From the NCBI GenBank assembly GCA_049975265.1, contig JBNGDF010000018.1:1-48293 (forward strand): a DNA stretch of 48,293 bases. The letters are read 5' to 3'. The stretch's first letter is position 1. Each line of letters begins with the position of its first letter. The DNA is from Fidelibacterota bacterium (lineage in GTDB: Bacteria > Fidelibacterota > UBA2242). Shown piece by piece: positions 28,879 through 38,115 of this stretch. The notes below the pieces were generated by a model that was given only the letters and a program-made list of their open reading frames with translations, was not told the origin of the DNA and searched no databases. The translations under genes were made by a program, and so were the position numbers.

Positions 28879-30620
28879 TTAACAAGAATCGCTACTTCTT
28901 CAGGCTGTTCCTGAGTTATATCGTTGTTATCCTGGTGTTAACGGTGACCCTGCTGCTGGTGTCGTTCCGGATTATTCGCAAGAACTATATCAACACTCTG
29001 ACCAGCAATCTTGTCCATCTAAATTATACCATAGAGGAAAATCTCGGCGATATCCGAACCCGCAGTGATTACTCTCAACTGGATAGCTTTGTCAAGGATT
29101 TGGGTCGTCGAATCAGCACCCGGATCACCATTGTTGATCCGGCAGGTGTCGTTTTGGCGGATTCTGAAAACGACCCGCTGAGCATGGAAAACCATGGCGA
29201 CCGGGAGGAGATTCAGGCAGCCTACGACCGCACAGTCGGTCGAAGTATTCGTTTTAGTACGACCATGAGAAAAAAGATGCTCTATGTTGCAACGCCGATC
29301 ATCGCCGGTGACCGGGTGATTGCGGTGGCGCGAACGAGTCTTTATCTTTCGAATGTGGAAAATCTGCTGAATACGCTGCGTTTCAGAATTATCTATATCA
29401 CTGCGATTCTTATTATCATGGTGCTGGTCGGGGTTTTGATTTACAGTAACAATATGTATCGTCCGGTGCGGGAACTGGTGGATGCCGCCGCAAAAATCTC
29501 CCGAAGCGATTTTAATATTCGGGTCAGGATTCACCACAAAAGCGTTTTCAGGTATCTGGCGAATGCTTTTAACCTGATGACCGAGACCCTGCAGCGCTCG
29601 TTTGCTGAAATCTCCCTGCAACGGGATCAACTGAGGACGATCATCGCTGCCGTTCCCTCGGATTTATATGTCATTGGTCAAAATGGGGAGATTATCCTGA
29701 CCAATCGACCGAGCAATGCACCGGAAGAACAGATGAATGTCGACAAGCAGAATTATCGGGAGGTGTTTCAGGACCGGATGCTTCAAAAATGCATTGAGGA
29801 CACGATGAAGTCTGGTCGTGATCTGAATACGGAGATCACGCTGGGGCAAAAAACATATCTCGGCAGCCTCTGTAGAATTGGTGCCAGTCAAAATACACTG
29901 CTGATTCTGCACGAAATTACCGATATCAAAAACCTGCAACTATATAAAAAGGATTTCATCGCCAATGTCTCCCATGAATTACGGACGCCTTTGACGGCGA
30001 TCAAGGGATTTGTGGAAACGCTGCAGGAGGATTTTAGCGAAGATCATCGGCGCTATCTGGATATTATTAATCGTCATACCGATCGCCTGATCAATATTGT
30101 GAATGATCTGTTGTTATTGAATGAGATTGAGGATACGACACAGCTGGAAATCGAGGAAATCGAGCCGGTGAAAATTCGGGACGATCTGACAAAACTGTTC
30201 GAAGAAAAATTGAAACAGAAACGGTTGCGTCTGATCTGGGAAATTCCCGCTGACATATCCACGCTGCCGGCAGATCGGTTCAAGCTGGAGCAGGTTTTTA
30301 TCAATTTGCTGGATAATGCGATTAAATATACAGAATCAGGCGAGATTCGGGTCATTTTTCAGACGGATAATACGGACATGATGATCGACGTCGAAGACAC
30401 CGGGATCGGAATTCCGGCTGATCAGTTATCCAGAATATTTGAGCGTTTTTATACGGTTGACAAGTCACATTCACGGCGTCTGGGTGGAACTGGTCTGGGG
30501 CTCTCCATCGCCAAACATATCATTTTGCTTCATAACGGTAGTATAACTGTTGCCAGTGAGCGTCATAAAGGAACCAAATTCACGATTCGGCTTCCCCTGA
30601 ACCGTTCTGACGACCGCTGA
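28875..30620 (+). CDS. phoR: Sensor histidine kinase, PhoR-like (2 TM, extracytoplasmic domain, HAMP, PAS-like, HisKA, HATPase)
   Basis: MENHGDREEI..A...G.SIRFSTT..MLYVA (seen in long-form PhoR); DFIANVSHELRTPLTAIKGFVETL, NLLDNAIKYT, IFERFYTVDKSHSRRLGGTGLGLSIAKH. Confidence 0.82.
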   Translation: MINKNRYFFRLFLSYIVVILVLTVTLLLVSFRIIRKNYINTLTSNLVHLNYTIEENLGDIRTRSDYSQLDSFVKDLGRRISTRITIVDPAGVVLADSENDPLSMENHGDREEIQAAYDRTVGRSIRFSTTMRKKMLYVATPIIAGDRVIAVARTSLYLSNVENLLNTLRFRIIYITAILIIMVLVGVLIYSNNMYRPVRELVDAAAKISRSDFNIRVRIHHKSVFRYLANAFNLMTETLQRSFAEISLQRDQLRTIIAAVPSDLYVIGQNGEIILTNRPSNAPEEQMNVDKQNYREVFQDRMLQKCIEDTMKSGRDLNTEITLGQKTYLGSLCRIGASQNTLLILHEITDIKNLQLYKKDFIANVSHELRTPLTAIKGFVETLQEDFSEDHRRYLDIINRHTDRLINIVNDLLLLNEIEDTTQLEIEEIEPVKIRDDLTKLFEEKLKQKRLRLIWEIPADISTLPADRFKLEQVFINLLDNAIKYTESGEIRVIFQTDNTDMMIDVEDTGIGIPADQLSRIFERFYTVDKSHSRRLGGTGLGLSIAKHIILLHNGSITVASERHKGTKFTIRLPLNRSDDR

Positions 30621-30738
30621 TTCCTTTCCTAATTTCATTTCATTATAGCATAACCGGCAGGACCGACCCGCGGCTACATGTCGGCGTGGTGGAAAAACTT
30701 CTCCGCAGCACCTTCCGCATACTAAAAATAAAGCGATC

Positions 30739-30781
30739 TTAATGATCTGTTTACACCTTGTTTACATCGCAGAGTTAATAT
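30739..30781 (+). promoter_or_regulatory. Pho-box-like triple direct repeat plus -10 upstream of the TBDR
   Basis: TTAATG (30739), TTTACA (30750), TTTACA (30761) with an exact 11-bp period (TGTTTACA twice); TAATAT at 30776-30781. Confidence 0.7.
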
Positions 30782-30842
30782 TGGTCGACTTTAGAAGAGT
30801 TAATGTTCATTTCCAACACAAAACGCAAAGGGAAGAGACGAG

Positions 30843-33782
30843 ATGAATCGAAGAATTTTAACATTTATGATTACAATCTGCAGCAATATCCTGATTATCT
30901 ATGCCCAGTACGGCACCATCTCCGGTCGTGTTGTTGATGAGAAAACCGGTGAACCACTGATGGGTGCAAATGTAATTCTTATGGAAAATTCCCAGGGTTC
31001 AGCGACGGACCTTAATGGTTATTATTCCATTCGGAATATTCCTGAAGGTAACTATACATTGATGGTTACCTATATCGGGTACCAACAACAGCGAATTAAT
31101 AACGTCTTCGTAAAAGCTGATCAGACCAGTCGAACTGATATCTCTGTCGAACCCGCAAGCCTTGAGATGGCTAGCGTCATTGTTGAGGTGCAAGCCAGTC
31201 AGGCTAGTGATAGTTATATGCTGACCCGGCAAAAAAATTCTGTAAATGCCCAGGATGGAATTGCCGCCTCTCAGATCAGTCGAAGTGGTGATTCCAACGC
31301 CGCTGAAGCCGCCAAACGGATCAGCGGTGTGACCATTATAGATGATAAATTCGTCTATGTACGCGGTTTGGGTGATCGTTATACGACCACCGAGATGAAC
31401 AGTGCACCGATTCCCAGCCCGGAGCCGGAAAAAAAGACAGTGCCTCTCAACCTGTTTCCGTCTTCAATTCTTGAAAGTGTCACCGCTTACAAAACCTATA
31501 CACCGGATCTGCCGGGTGCATTTGCCGGTGGAAATGTCAATATCAAAACCAAGGCATATCCGGACAACCGGGTGTTGACATTGAGTGCCTCCGTTTCAGA
31601 AAAAACCTACCCGACGAACAAGCAGGCATATATGGTTCCCGGGACGAACTCCGCAAGCAGTTACTGGGGATTTGATCAAAAAATGCGTGCCATGCCGAAT
31701 AGTATCCCTGCTGGAACCAATCTGAATGTCTATACCATTCCCGGCTATGATACTCATCTGGAACGGGCGGAATTGCTGGGGGAGATTGGACGGGATTTTA
31801 ATACCGATTATACAACCCGGCAGGGACAGGCTTCACAACCGATTTCACTGGGGTTGAGTCTTGGAAACCGCTATACCATTACCGATTATCTTGAATGGGG
31901 ATATTTTGCGAACACCTCATTTTCAAATGATTACTCCTACAGGGTCAGTGATGACATTTTATACGGCTCCGATAACAGCGGTTTATTCAGAGATATTGAT
32001 GTAACGAACCGTAAATCCGGTTACAGTACGAATATGGCTGCAACTTTCAGTACCGGCTTCAAATTTCTAAACAGCCAGAAGGTTGCTCTTCATTATGTCT
32101 TCACTCACAATTCGGAGAATTATGTGAATTTCGGAAGGGGTATGGCTGATCAGTTCGATGACGGCATTTTTTATAAAGAATATTACGCCGAACGCAGTAT
32201 CCGCAACCTGACGTTCAGTGGCAATCACCAAATTCATTTTTATGCCAAACATACATTCGACTGGTCCTTTAACAAAGGACGGTCTGAACTCTATCAGCCC
32301 GATTTCAAAGGCAATAATTATCGTGTGAAAAATCAGATCATTGACGGTGATACGGTGGAATACTACCAGATGGATACCTATGGCTGGAGTGCCGGTATCC
32401 GTGATTTCACCGAAGGTGATGACAATAATGAAAATGTCGATCTCAATTACACGATGACGATCAGAGATCGCTTTGAGTGTGCCTATCACTTGAAAGTCGG
32501 TGGTCGCTTTCAGAATAAAAATCGCGATTTCACCCGACGGGTGTTTTATAATAAGTACGCTTATCCATGGTACGTTGGTGAGATTCCCGGCGACCTGACG
32601 GTCTATTATGATGTTGATGAACTGGGTGCTGCTTTGGTTGATTCAAATTATTTTTCCATCCGTGAAGACGGCACGGTTAATCCGGGTCTGATTATGGCTG
32701 AGAGCACTCAGCCCAATGACGGCTACCGGGCATCGGAACATCTGGATGCCGCCTATTTTATGGTGGATCTACCCATTGGACTGGGTCTCTACAGTCCCTT
32801 GAATATTGTTCGTTTCATCGGTGGTGTTCGGAGGGAAGATTATGCGCTGAAGATGATACCCTATAGCCCCGCAAACGGTGAAAAATATTACAGTAATATT
32901 TTAGGGGACACTGTTGATGTCAGCTCTCGCAAAGAGGATTATCTGCCGTCGTTCAACCTGCTCGTCCAGTTGCCCAATGACTTTAATATCCGTTTGTCAC
33001 ACTCACGAACAGTTGCCCGGGCAGAGTTCCGCGAGCTGGCGCCCTTTGAGTTTCAGGCGCTTTACGGTGGTGAAATAGTGGTGGGGTATCCGTGGTTAAA
33101 AACAACCAATATTTATAACTATGACTTGCGGGCTGAATGGTTTCATTCCGCCGGTGAGATACTCGCCATCAGCCTGTTTAAAAAAGACTTCTACAACCCC
33201 ATTGAAAGAGCCATGTTTGATCTGTCGGACAAACGCTATCGGACCTACCAAAATACGGATAAGGCACGGAGTTGGGGAATCGAACTTGATTCCCGTACCG
33301 GTCTGGACTTCATTCCGACCAGTTATGGAAAAAGTACATTTCTTTTCAACTTTACCTGGACCAGTTCGGAGGTCATGCCTGATGATTCGATTACGATCTT
33401 TACCGGTCAATCCATTGCAAATCAGGGCAACCTGACCAGGCGTCCGCTGCAGGGGCAGTCGGATTTCATTGTCAACGCCGGTGTCACCTATACGGATCTG
33501 AAAGGGTTCAATGTCGCCCTGAGTTATAACGCTTTCAGTAAACGACTGGTATCATTGGGTATCAGCCCTCTGCCCGATGAGTACGAATTACCGTTTCACT
33601 CGTTGAATTTTACGGCGTCTAAGTCATTTGGCAAACTGAAATTAAGCCTGAAAATGAAAAATATTCTGAATTCGAGCGTCGTCTTTGCGCAGGAAGACCC
33701 GAATACAGGAGAGTATCTAAAAACAACCGAGTACAGGCCCGGTCGCAGTTTCAGTATCGGGCTGAGTTACGACATTTATTAA
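30843..33782 (+). CDS. TonB-dependent receptor, probably phosphate-starvation induced
   Basis: GTISGRVVDEKTGEPLMGANV; plug DSNAAEAAKRISGVT...VYVRGLGDRY..PEKKTVPLNLFP..KTYTPDLPG.FAGG; RTVARAEFRELAPF, RPLQGQS; C-terminal FSIGLSYDIY. Confidence 0.92.
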   Translation: MNRRILTFMITICSNILIIYAQYGTISGRVVDEKTGEPLMGANVILMENSQGSATDLNGYYSIRNIPEGNYTLMVTYIGYQQQRINNVFVKADQTSRTDISVEPASLEMASVIVEVQASQASDSYMLTRQKNSVNAQDGIAASQISRSGDSNAAEAAKRISGVTIIDDKFVYVRGLGDRYTTTEMNSAPIPSPEPEKKTVPLNLFPSSILESVTAYKTYTPDLPGAFAGGNVNIKTKAYPDNRVLTLSASVSEKTYPTNKQAYMVPGTNSASSYWGFDQKMRAMPNSIPAGTNLNVYTIPGYDTHLERAELLGEIGRDFNTDYTTRQGQASQPISLGLSLGNRYTITDYLEWGYFANTSFSNDYSYRVSDDILYGSDNSGLFRDIDVTNRKSGYSTNMAATFSTGFKFLNSQKVALHYVFTHNSENYVNFGRGMADQFDDGIFYKEYYAERSIRNLTFSGNHQIHFYAKHTFDWSFNKGRSELYQPDFKGNNYRVKNQIIDGDTVEYYQMDTYGWSAGIRDFTEGDDNNENVDLNYTMTIRDRFECAYHLKVGGRFQNKNRDFTRRVFYNKYAYPWYVGEIPGDLTVYYDVDELGAALVDSNYFSIREDGTVNPGLIMAESTQPNDGYRASEHLDAAYFMVDLPIGLGLYSPLNIVRFIGGVRREDYALKMIPYSPANGEKYYSNILGDTVDVSSRKEDYLPSFNLLVQLPNDFNIRLSHSRTVARAEFRELAPFEFQALYGGEIVVGYPWLKTTNIYNYDLRAEWFHSAGEILAISLFKKDFYNPIERAMFDLSDKRYRTYQNTDKARSWGIELDSRTGLDFIPTSYGKSTFLFNFTWTSSEVMPDDSITIFTGQSIANQGNLTRRPLQGQSDFIVNAGVTYTDLKGFNVALSYNAFSKRLVSLGISPLPDEYELPFHSLNFTASKSFGKLKLSLKMKNILNSSVVFAQEDPNTGEYLKTTEYRPGRSFSIGLSYDIY

Positions 33783-33806
33783 CCTGAAATTGTAAGGAGG
33801 ATTTTC

Positions 33807-35348
33807 ATGAAAAAAACGTTATTAATGGGTTTCGCAATAGTGTCTATCGCAATTGCCCAGACGCAGATCAGCGGTGACATTACGACGAACACAACCTGGA
33901 CAGCGGATACCGATTATTTGCTTGTCGGTCAGACATTTGTTAAAACCGGTATCACACTGACAATTGAGCCGGGAACGGTTATCAAATCGGAAGCCGATGA
34001 CGGAACCGGTTTGGCTCCGGCGCTGATCATCGAGCGTGGCGCCAAAATTATTGCCGACGGTACTGTAGATGCACCGATTACGTTTACATCGAACTTACCG
34101 GAAGACCAGCTGCCGCAACGGGGTACCTGGGGTGGTTTGATCCTTCTTGGAAATGCACCGACTAATAAAGGTGAATCGTTTGTCGAAGGTCTCGTTGGTG
34201 TCCCATACGGTGGCGACGATCCTCACGATGACAGCGGTATCCTGCGCTATGTCCGGGTCTGGTACGGTGGACGTTCTATCGGTCAGGATAATGAGATTAA
34301 CGGGATTACTTTCGGCGGAGTGGGTGACGGAACCGTGGTCGAACATTGTGAAGTGGCTTACAATCTGGATGATGGATTTGAGTTTTTCGGTGGAACGGTC
34401 AATGTACGCTATCTATCGGCGCTGTTCTGTGGCGATGATGCCTTTGATACTGATGAAGGTTATCAGGGTAAAGGACAGTTTTTATTTGCCATTCTCGGTC
34501 AGGATATCTGTGGACGCGGTTTTGAGATGGACAACTCCGGCAGTAATATGGATGTGCAGCCGCGTTCCTATCCGCAGTTTCACAATGTAACCCTGATCGG
34601 TCCCGGCGGCGGAACGCCGACCAATGACGGATCAGACCAGATGATCCGTCTGCGTGAAGGGACTGGTGGTAATTTCCGGAATATTATTGTGGCACACGGA
34701 AACGGTGTCGGTGTCCGGGTTTCCGATGCGGCGACTCAGGCGTTGATTGGTGATTCCCTGATTTTCGATGAGAACAACATCGTGTTCAACTGCACCGATG
34801 GTCAGTTTCATACGGATAATCCAGGAATGACGGCAGTTGGTACTGATCCGATGTTTATGGAACTGAATGGTCGTGAATCGGGTTCAGGAATCATTGATCC
34901 GCGCCCGGCTATTGGTTCCCCGGCATATATACATTACGTCAGTCTGCCCGATGATGGATTCTTTGTTCAGACGGACTATGCCGGTGCTTTTGATGAAAAT
35001 ATGTGGCTGGATGGCTGGTCACTCCTGAGTGAAAAGGGGCGTCTGTCAACGGCTTCGTCGGTCGAATCTGATCTGAATACCGTGGCTGCCGATTTTGCTC
35101 TGAATGTCTATCCGAATCCCTTTAATCCGACGGCGAATGTTCGTATCACGATGCCGGAAAATGATGAAGTCCGGATTCATATTTACAACATGCTGGGTCA
35201 GATTGTCAGTAAACTTTTTTCTGGCTACATGAACAAGGGCTCACATACCTTAACAATTGATGGCAGTAGCCTGACTTCCGGTATGTATTTCATTAAGGTT
35301 TCGTCGGGGAATATGAATTATACACACCGTGTTACTCTTCTAAAGTAA
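33807..35348 (+). CDS. Secreted beta-helix-like protein with T9SS-type CTD, probable TBDR partner
   Basis: AAGGAGG RBS, signal peptide; LTIEPGT, GT..APITFTS, WGGLILLGNAP, YGGDDPHDDSGILRYVRV, NEINGITFGGVGDGT, DDGFEFFGGTVN, DDAFDTDEGY; CTD VYPNPFNP...LTSGMYF..RVTLLK. Confidence 0.82.
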   Translation: MKKTLLMGFAIVSIAIAQTQISGDITTNTTWTADTDYLLVGQTFVKTGITLTIEPGTVIKSEADDGTGLAPALIIERGAKIIADGTVDAPITFTSNLPEDQLPQRGTWGGLILLGNAPTNKGESFVEGLVGVPYGGDDPHDDSGILRYVRVWYGGRSIGQDNEINGITFGGVGDGTVVEHCEVAYNLDDGFEFFGGTVNVRYLSALFCGDDAFDTDEGYQGKGQFLFAILGQDICGRGFEMDNSGSNMDVQPRSYPQFHNVTLIGPGGGTPTNDGSDQMIRLREGTGGNFRNIIVAHGNGVGVRVSDAATQALIGDSLIFDENNIVFNCTDGQFHTDNPGMTAVGTDPMFMELNGRESGSGIIDPRPAIGSPAYIHYVSLPDDGFFVQTDYAGAFDENMWLDGWSLLSEKGRLSTASSVESDLNTVAADFALNVYPNPFNPTANVRITMPENDEVRIHIYNMLGQIVSKLFSGYMNKGSHTLTIDGSSLTSGMYFIKVSSGNMNYTHRVTLLK

Positions 35349-35370
35349 TTACTCGTTCTCTTCCCCGCTC

Positions 35371-35405
35371 AAAGGAGCATGGTTTTTCGAAATCATGCTC
35401 TTTTG
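35371..35405 (+). terminator. Rho-independent terminator
   Basis: AAAGGAGCATGGTTT-ttcg-AAATCATGCTC followed by TTTT. Confidence 0.8.
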
Positions 35406-35409
35406 TTAA

Positions 35410-35463
35410 TTAACAGAATCTTTACCGAATATTAAATCTGCTTTTACTTTTTTTGGATAACTT
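35410..35463 (+). promoter_or_regulatory. Pho-box-like fourfold direct repeat plus -10
   Basis: TTAACA (35410), TTTACC (35421), TTAAAT (35432), TTTACT (35443) with an 11-bp period; TAACTT at 35458-35463. Confidence 0.65.
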
Positions 35464-35493
35464 CGGTTGAAAAAATATTTTACAGTTTTGATT

Positions 35494-36168
35494 ATGAAAA
35501 AAATATTGATTGTTGATGACGAAGAGGACCTGTTATTCATGGTCAATCATCATCTTGTGAAAGAGGGCTATCTTGTTTTTCAGGCTAAGGATGGGCGAAA
35601 AGCGTTAGACTTAACGGACAAACAGCAGTTTGACTTAATCGTACTTGATATTATGATGCCTGAAATGGATGGTTTTGAAGTTTGTCGCAGAATTCGGTTG
35701 AAGGGCAATAAAGTTCCAATCATTTTTTTGACGGCCAGATCGGATGAACTTGATGAAATTCTGGGTTTGGAAGTCGGCGCCGATGATTTTATCAGAAAGC
35801 CGTATAGTATAAAAACGTTTATGAGCCGGATAAGAGCAATACTCCGCAGAGCGGAACTTACAAATGACAGGGTGGAAGACATTCGCATAAAAGGTGTTGA
35901 GATTCGAAAAGGCAGCTATAACGTATTAATTGATAGGGTACAGGTGGATTTTCCCCGGAAGGAATTTGAGTTATTAACATTCTTAGCGTCTAATCCGGAT
36001 AAGGTATTTACGCGAAACTCATTGCTGAACCAGATTTGGAGCGATGATATTGATGTAGTGGATCGCACGGTGGATGTGCATATTGGTCGGATTCGAAAAA
36101 AATTAGGTCCCTATCGGGATATTCTTAAAACAGTAGTGGGTATCGGTTATCAGTGGAAGCCCTGCTGA
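35494..36168 (+). CDS. Orphan OmpR/PhoB-family response regulator
   Basis: Start re-called at ATG 35494 (MKKILIVDDE); LDIMMPEMDG, FLTARSDE.DEILGLEVGADDFI.KP, PRKEFELL, DRTVDVHI, TVVGIGY. Confidence 0.88.
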   Translation: MKKILIVDDEEDLLFMVNHHLVKEGYLVFQAKDGRKALDLTDKQQFDLIVLDIMMPEMDGFEVCRRIRLKGNKVPIIFLTARSDELDEILGLEVGADDFIRKPYSIKTFMSRIRAILRRAELTNDRVEDIRIKGVEIRKGSYNVLIDRVQVDFPRKEFELLTFLASNPDKVFTRNSLLNQIWSDDIDVVDRTVDVHIGRIRKKLGPYRDILKTVVGIGYQWKPC

Positions 36169-36189
36169 CGATTTCAGCGGAAGCTTTTC

Positions 36190-36218
36190 TTGCATCTACA
36201 GAATAAGAATCCTAAATT
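36190..36218 (+). promoter_or_regulatory. Promoter of the riboflavin operon
   Basis: TTGCAT (36190-36195), 17 nt, TAAATT (36213-36218); places +1 near 36225, the 5' end of the riboswitch. Confidence 0.65.
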
Positions 36219-36224
36219 TGCGTT

Positions 36225-36343
36225 ACGTCTTCGGGACAGGGTGAAAATCCTGACCGGCGGTGACAGTCCGCGAGTCACGGTATATCGGGACAGAGCCTGT
36301 GAAATTCAGGAACCGACGGTAAGAGTCCGGATGGAAGAAGATC
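36225..36343 (+). ncRNA. FMN riboswitch (RFN element)
   Basis: TCTTCGGGACAGGGTGAAAATCCTGACCGGCGGT...CCGCGAG...CAGAGCCTGTGAAATTCAGGAACCGACGGT..AGTCCGGATGGAAGAAGA matches the RFN consensus; P1 TCTTC/GAAGA; lies directly upstream of ribD. Confidence 0.96.
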
Positions 36344-36345
36344 AG

Positions 36346-36372
36346 AAAAGTCCCGAGCGATCGGGTTTTTTT
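36346..36372 (+). terminator. Riboswitch-controlled intrinsic terminator
   Basis: CCCGA-gcga-TCGGG followed by T7, immediately before the ribD ATG. Confidence 0.75.
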
Positions 36373-37458
36373 ATGGACAGACATCAAAAATTTATGAAAC
36401 GGGCGCTGGAATTGGCGGAAATGGGACGGGGGTTTACCAGTCCCAATCCGATGGTCGGTGCTGTGCTGGTAAAAGACAGTCAGATTGTCGGTGAAGGATA
36501 CCACCAAAAGTATGGGGGTCCACATGCCGAAATCCGGGCAATTGAACAGGCGAGAGAGGCAGCCGGAGGCAGTACCCTATATGTGAATCTGGAACCCTGC
36601 TGCTTCTCCGGAAAGACACCCCCCTGTACCGACGCAATCATTGCCGCCGGTATTGCTGAAGTCTATATTGGTATGATCGATCCAAATCCACAGGTAAACA
36701 GTGAGGGGGTTCACCAACTGCAGAAATCGGGAATTCAGGTTCATATCGGCTTGCTGGGTGAAGAGGTGCGACAGCTGAATCGTGGATTTATCACTACCAT
36801 GGAAAAAAAACGACCCTGGATGACCCTGAAACTGGCACAAACCGCCGATGGTTATATTGCCGATGTTTCTGGAAAAAGTCAGTGGATCAGCTGTCCGGAA
36901 GCCCGGGATTTTACCCGTCACCAGCGGTCATTGCACGATGCTGTTATGGTGGGAATGGGTACGGTTTTCAAAGACGATCCAACACTTTTACCGGTGAATC
37001 GGGACGGCTATATTCCTTACCGGATCGCATTGGATGACATGTTGCGTATTCCCGCCCGCTTCCGGCTGGTTTCCGATGAATTCAGAAAACGGACGATCAT
37101 CGTGACGGCTTCCGGTGAGAAAGAGGGTAAGATTAAGCAGTTTAAGGGGTCTGGTCTGCACGTGTTACATGTTCCCGGCGACAGTTTCGGCTGGATCGAA
37201 CTGCCGGCTGCCATGCGAAAATTATGGGAATTTGGGATTACCTCTATCTATGCCGAAGGTGGCAGCCAGGTTGCCGGTTCGCTGATTCAACAGGGGTTGG
37301 TGGATGAGATTCAAATGATTATTGCCCCTAAGGTACTGGGCGAGGGAATTTCGACGTTTAGCGGCTTTATGAAATCTCTGGATAATGCCATACAGTTGGA
37401 GTGGGACAATGTGGAAAAACTGGGCAGTGATCTGTTAATTAAAGGAAAACTTGCCTGA
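36373..37458 (+). CDS. ribD: Bifunctional diaminohydroxyphosphoribosylaminopyrimidine deaminase / reductase
   Basis: Start re-called at ATG 36373 (the ORF-track extension is the riboswitch); PNPMVGAV, HAE, LEPCC..GKTPPC, LKLAQTADG, SQWIS, EGGS. Confidence 0.94.
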   Translation: MDRHQKFMKRALELAEMGRGFTSPNPMVGAVLVKDSQIVGEGYHQKYGGPHAEIRAIEQAREAAGGSTLYVNLEPCCFSGKTPPCTDAIIAAGIAEVYIGMIDPNPQVNSEGVHQLQKSGIQVHIGLLGEEVRQLNRGFITTMEKKRPWMTLKLAQTADGYIADVSGKSQWISCPEARDFTRHQRSLHDAVMVGMGTVFKDDPTLLPVNRDGYIPYRIALDDMLRIPARFRLVSDEFRKRTIIVTASGEKEGKIKQFKGSGLHVLHVPGDSFGWIELPAAMRKLWEFGITSIYAEGGSQVAGSLIQQGLVDEIQMIIAPKVLGEGISTFSGFMKSLDNAIQLEWDNVEKLGSDLLIKGKLA

Positions 37459-38102
37459 TGTTTACGGGATTAATTGAAGAGATCGGTTCGGTTCGGCAGG
37501 TCTTGACGAATTCCGAGGGGCGTCTGTTCACAATTACCGCAGAAAAGGTTTTGGAGGGACTCTCTATCGGAGAAAGTGTCGCTGTTGACGGTGTCTGTCT
37601 GAGCGCCGTTGAGGTGCATAACGACGGTTTTGTCGTTCAGGCTGTCCGGGAGACAATCGCCTGCTCAACATTGGTCTCTTTCCGGGTCGGTACCAAGGTG
37701 AATCTCGAACGGGCTTCCCGGGCGGGTGACCGGTTGGGCGGGCATTTTGTCCAGGGACATGTCGACGGTGTGGCGGTGATTTCCGGATTATTGCGGAGCG
37801 GGCAATCGGCATCGCTTGATTTGAATCTGCCCGCCGATCTGATGAAATATGTGATTGCCAAAGGCTCCATCGCCGTTAACGGAATCAGCCTGACGGTGGC
37901 GGAAAGGTCGGGAACCGCTGTTTCCATCGCTTTGATACCGCTAACGCTTCGGGAGACGAATCTGGGATTAAAAAAACCGGGGGATTATGTCAATATTGAA
38001 GTGGATATGATGGCGAAATACATTGAACAATTACTGCCCCGAAGCGAAGATGAGGTTCGGGATATTGAAAGACGAATCAGGAATTGGGGGTACGATAAGT
38101 AG
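37458..38102 (+). CDS. ribE: Riboflavin synthase (alpha chain)
   Basis: MFTGLIEE, SVAVDGVCLS, VNLERA, GGHFVQGHVDG, KGSIAVNGISLT, VNIEVD. Confidence 0.95.
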   Translation: MFTGLIEEIGSVRQVLTNSEGRLFTITAEKVLEGLSIGESVAVDGVCLSAVEVHNDGFVVQAVRETIACSTLVSFRVGTKVNLERASRAGDRLGGHFVQGHVDGVAVISGLLRSGQSASLDLNLPADLMKYVIAKGSIAVNGISLTVAERSGTAVSIALIPLTLRETNLGLKKPGDYVNIEVDMMAKYIEQLLPRSEDEVRDIERRIRNWGYDK

Positions 38103-38115
38103 CCGAAGGAGAAAA

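Noticed and set aside
30650..30720. GC-rich stretch after the kinase as a possible ncRNA or terminator
   Set aside because: Only short stems (CCGAC/GTCGG), no U tract and no recognisable motif.
36190..36372. 61-aa N-terminal extension of RibD in the ORF track
   Set aside because: The region is the promoter, FMN riboswitch and terminator; RibD homology begins at 36373.
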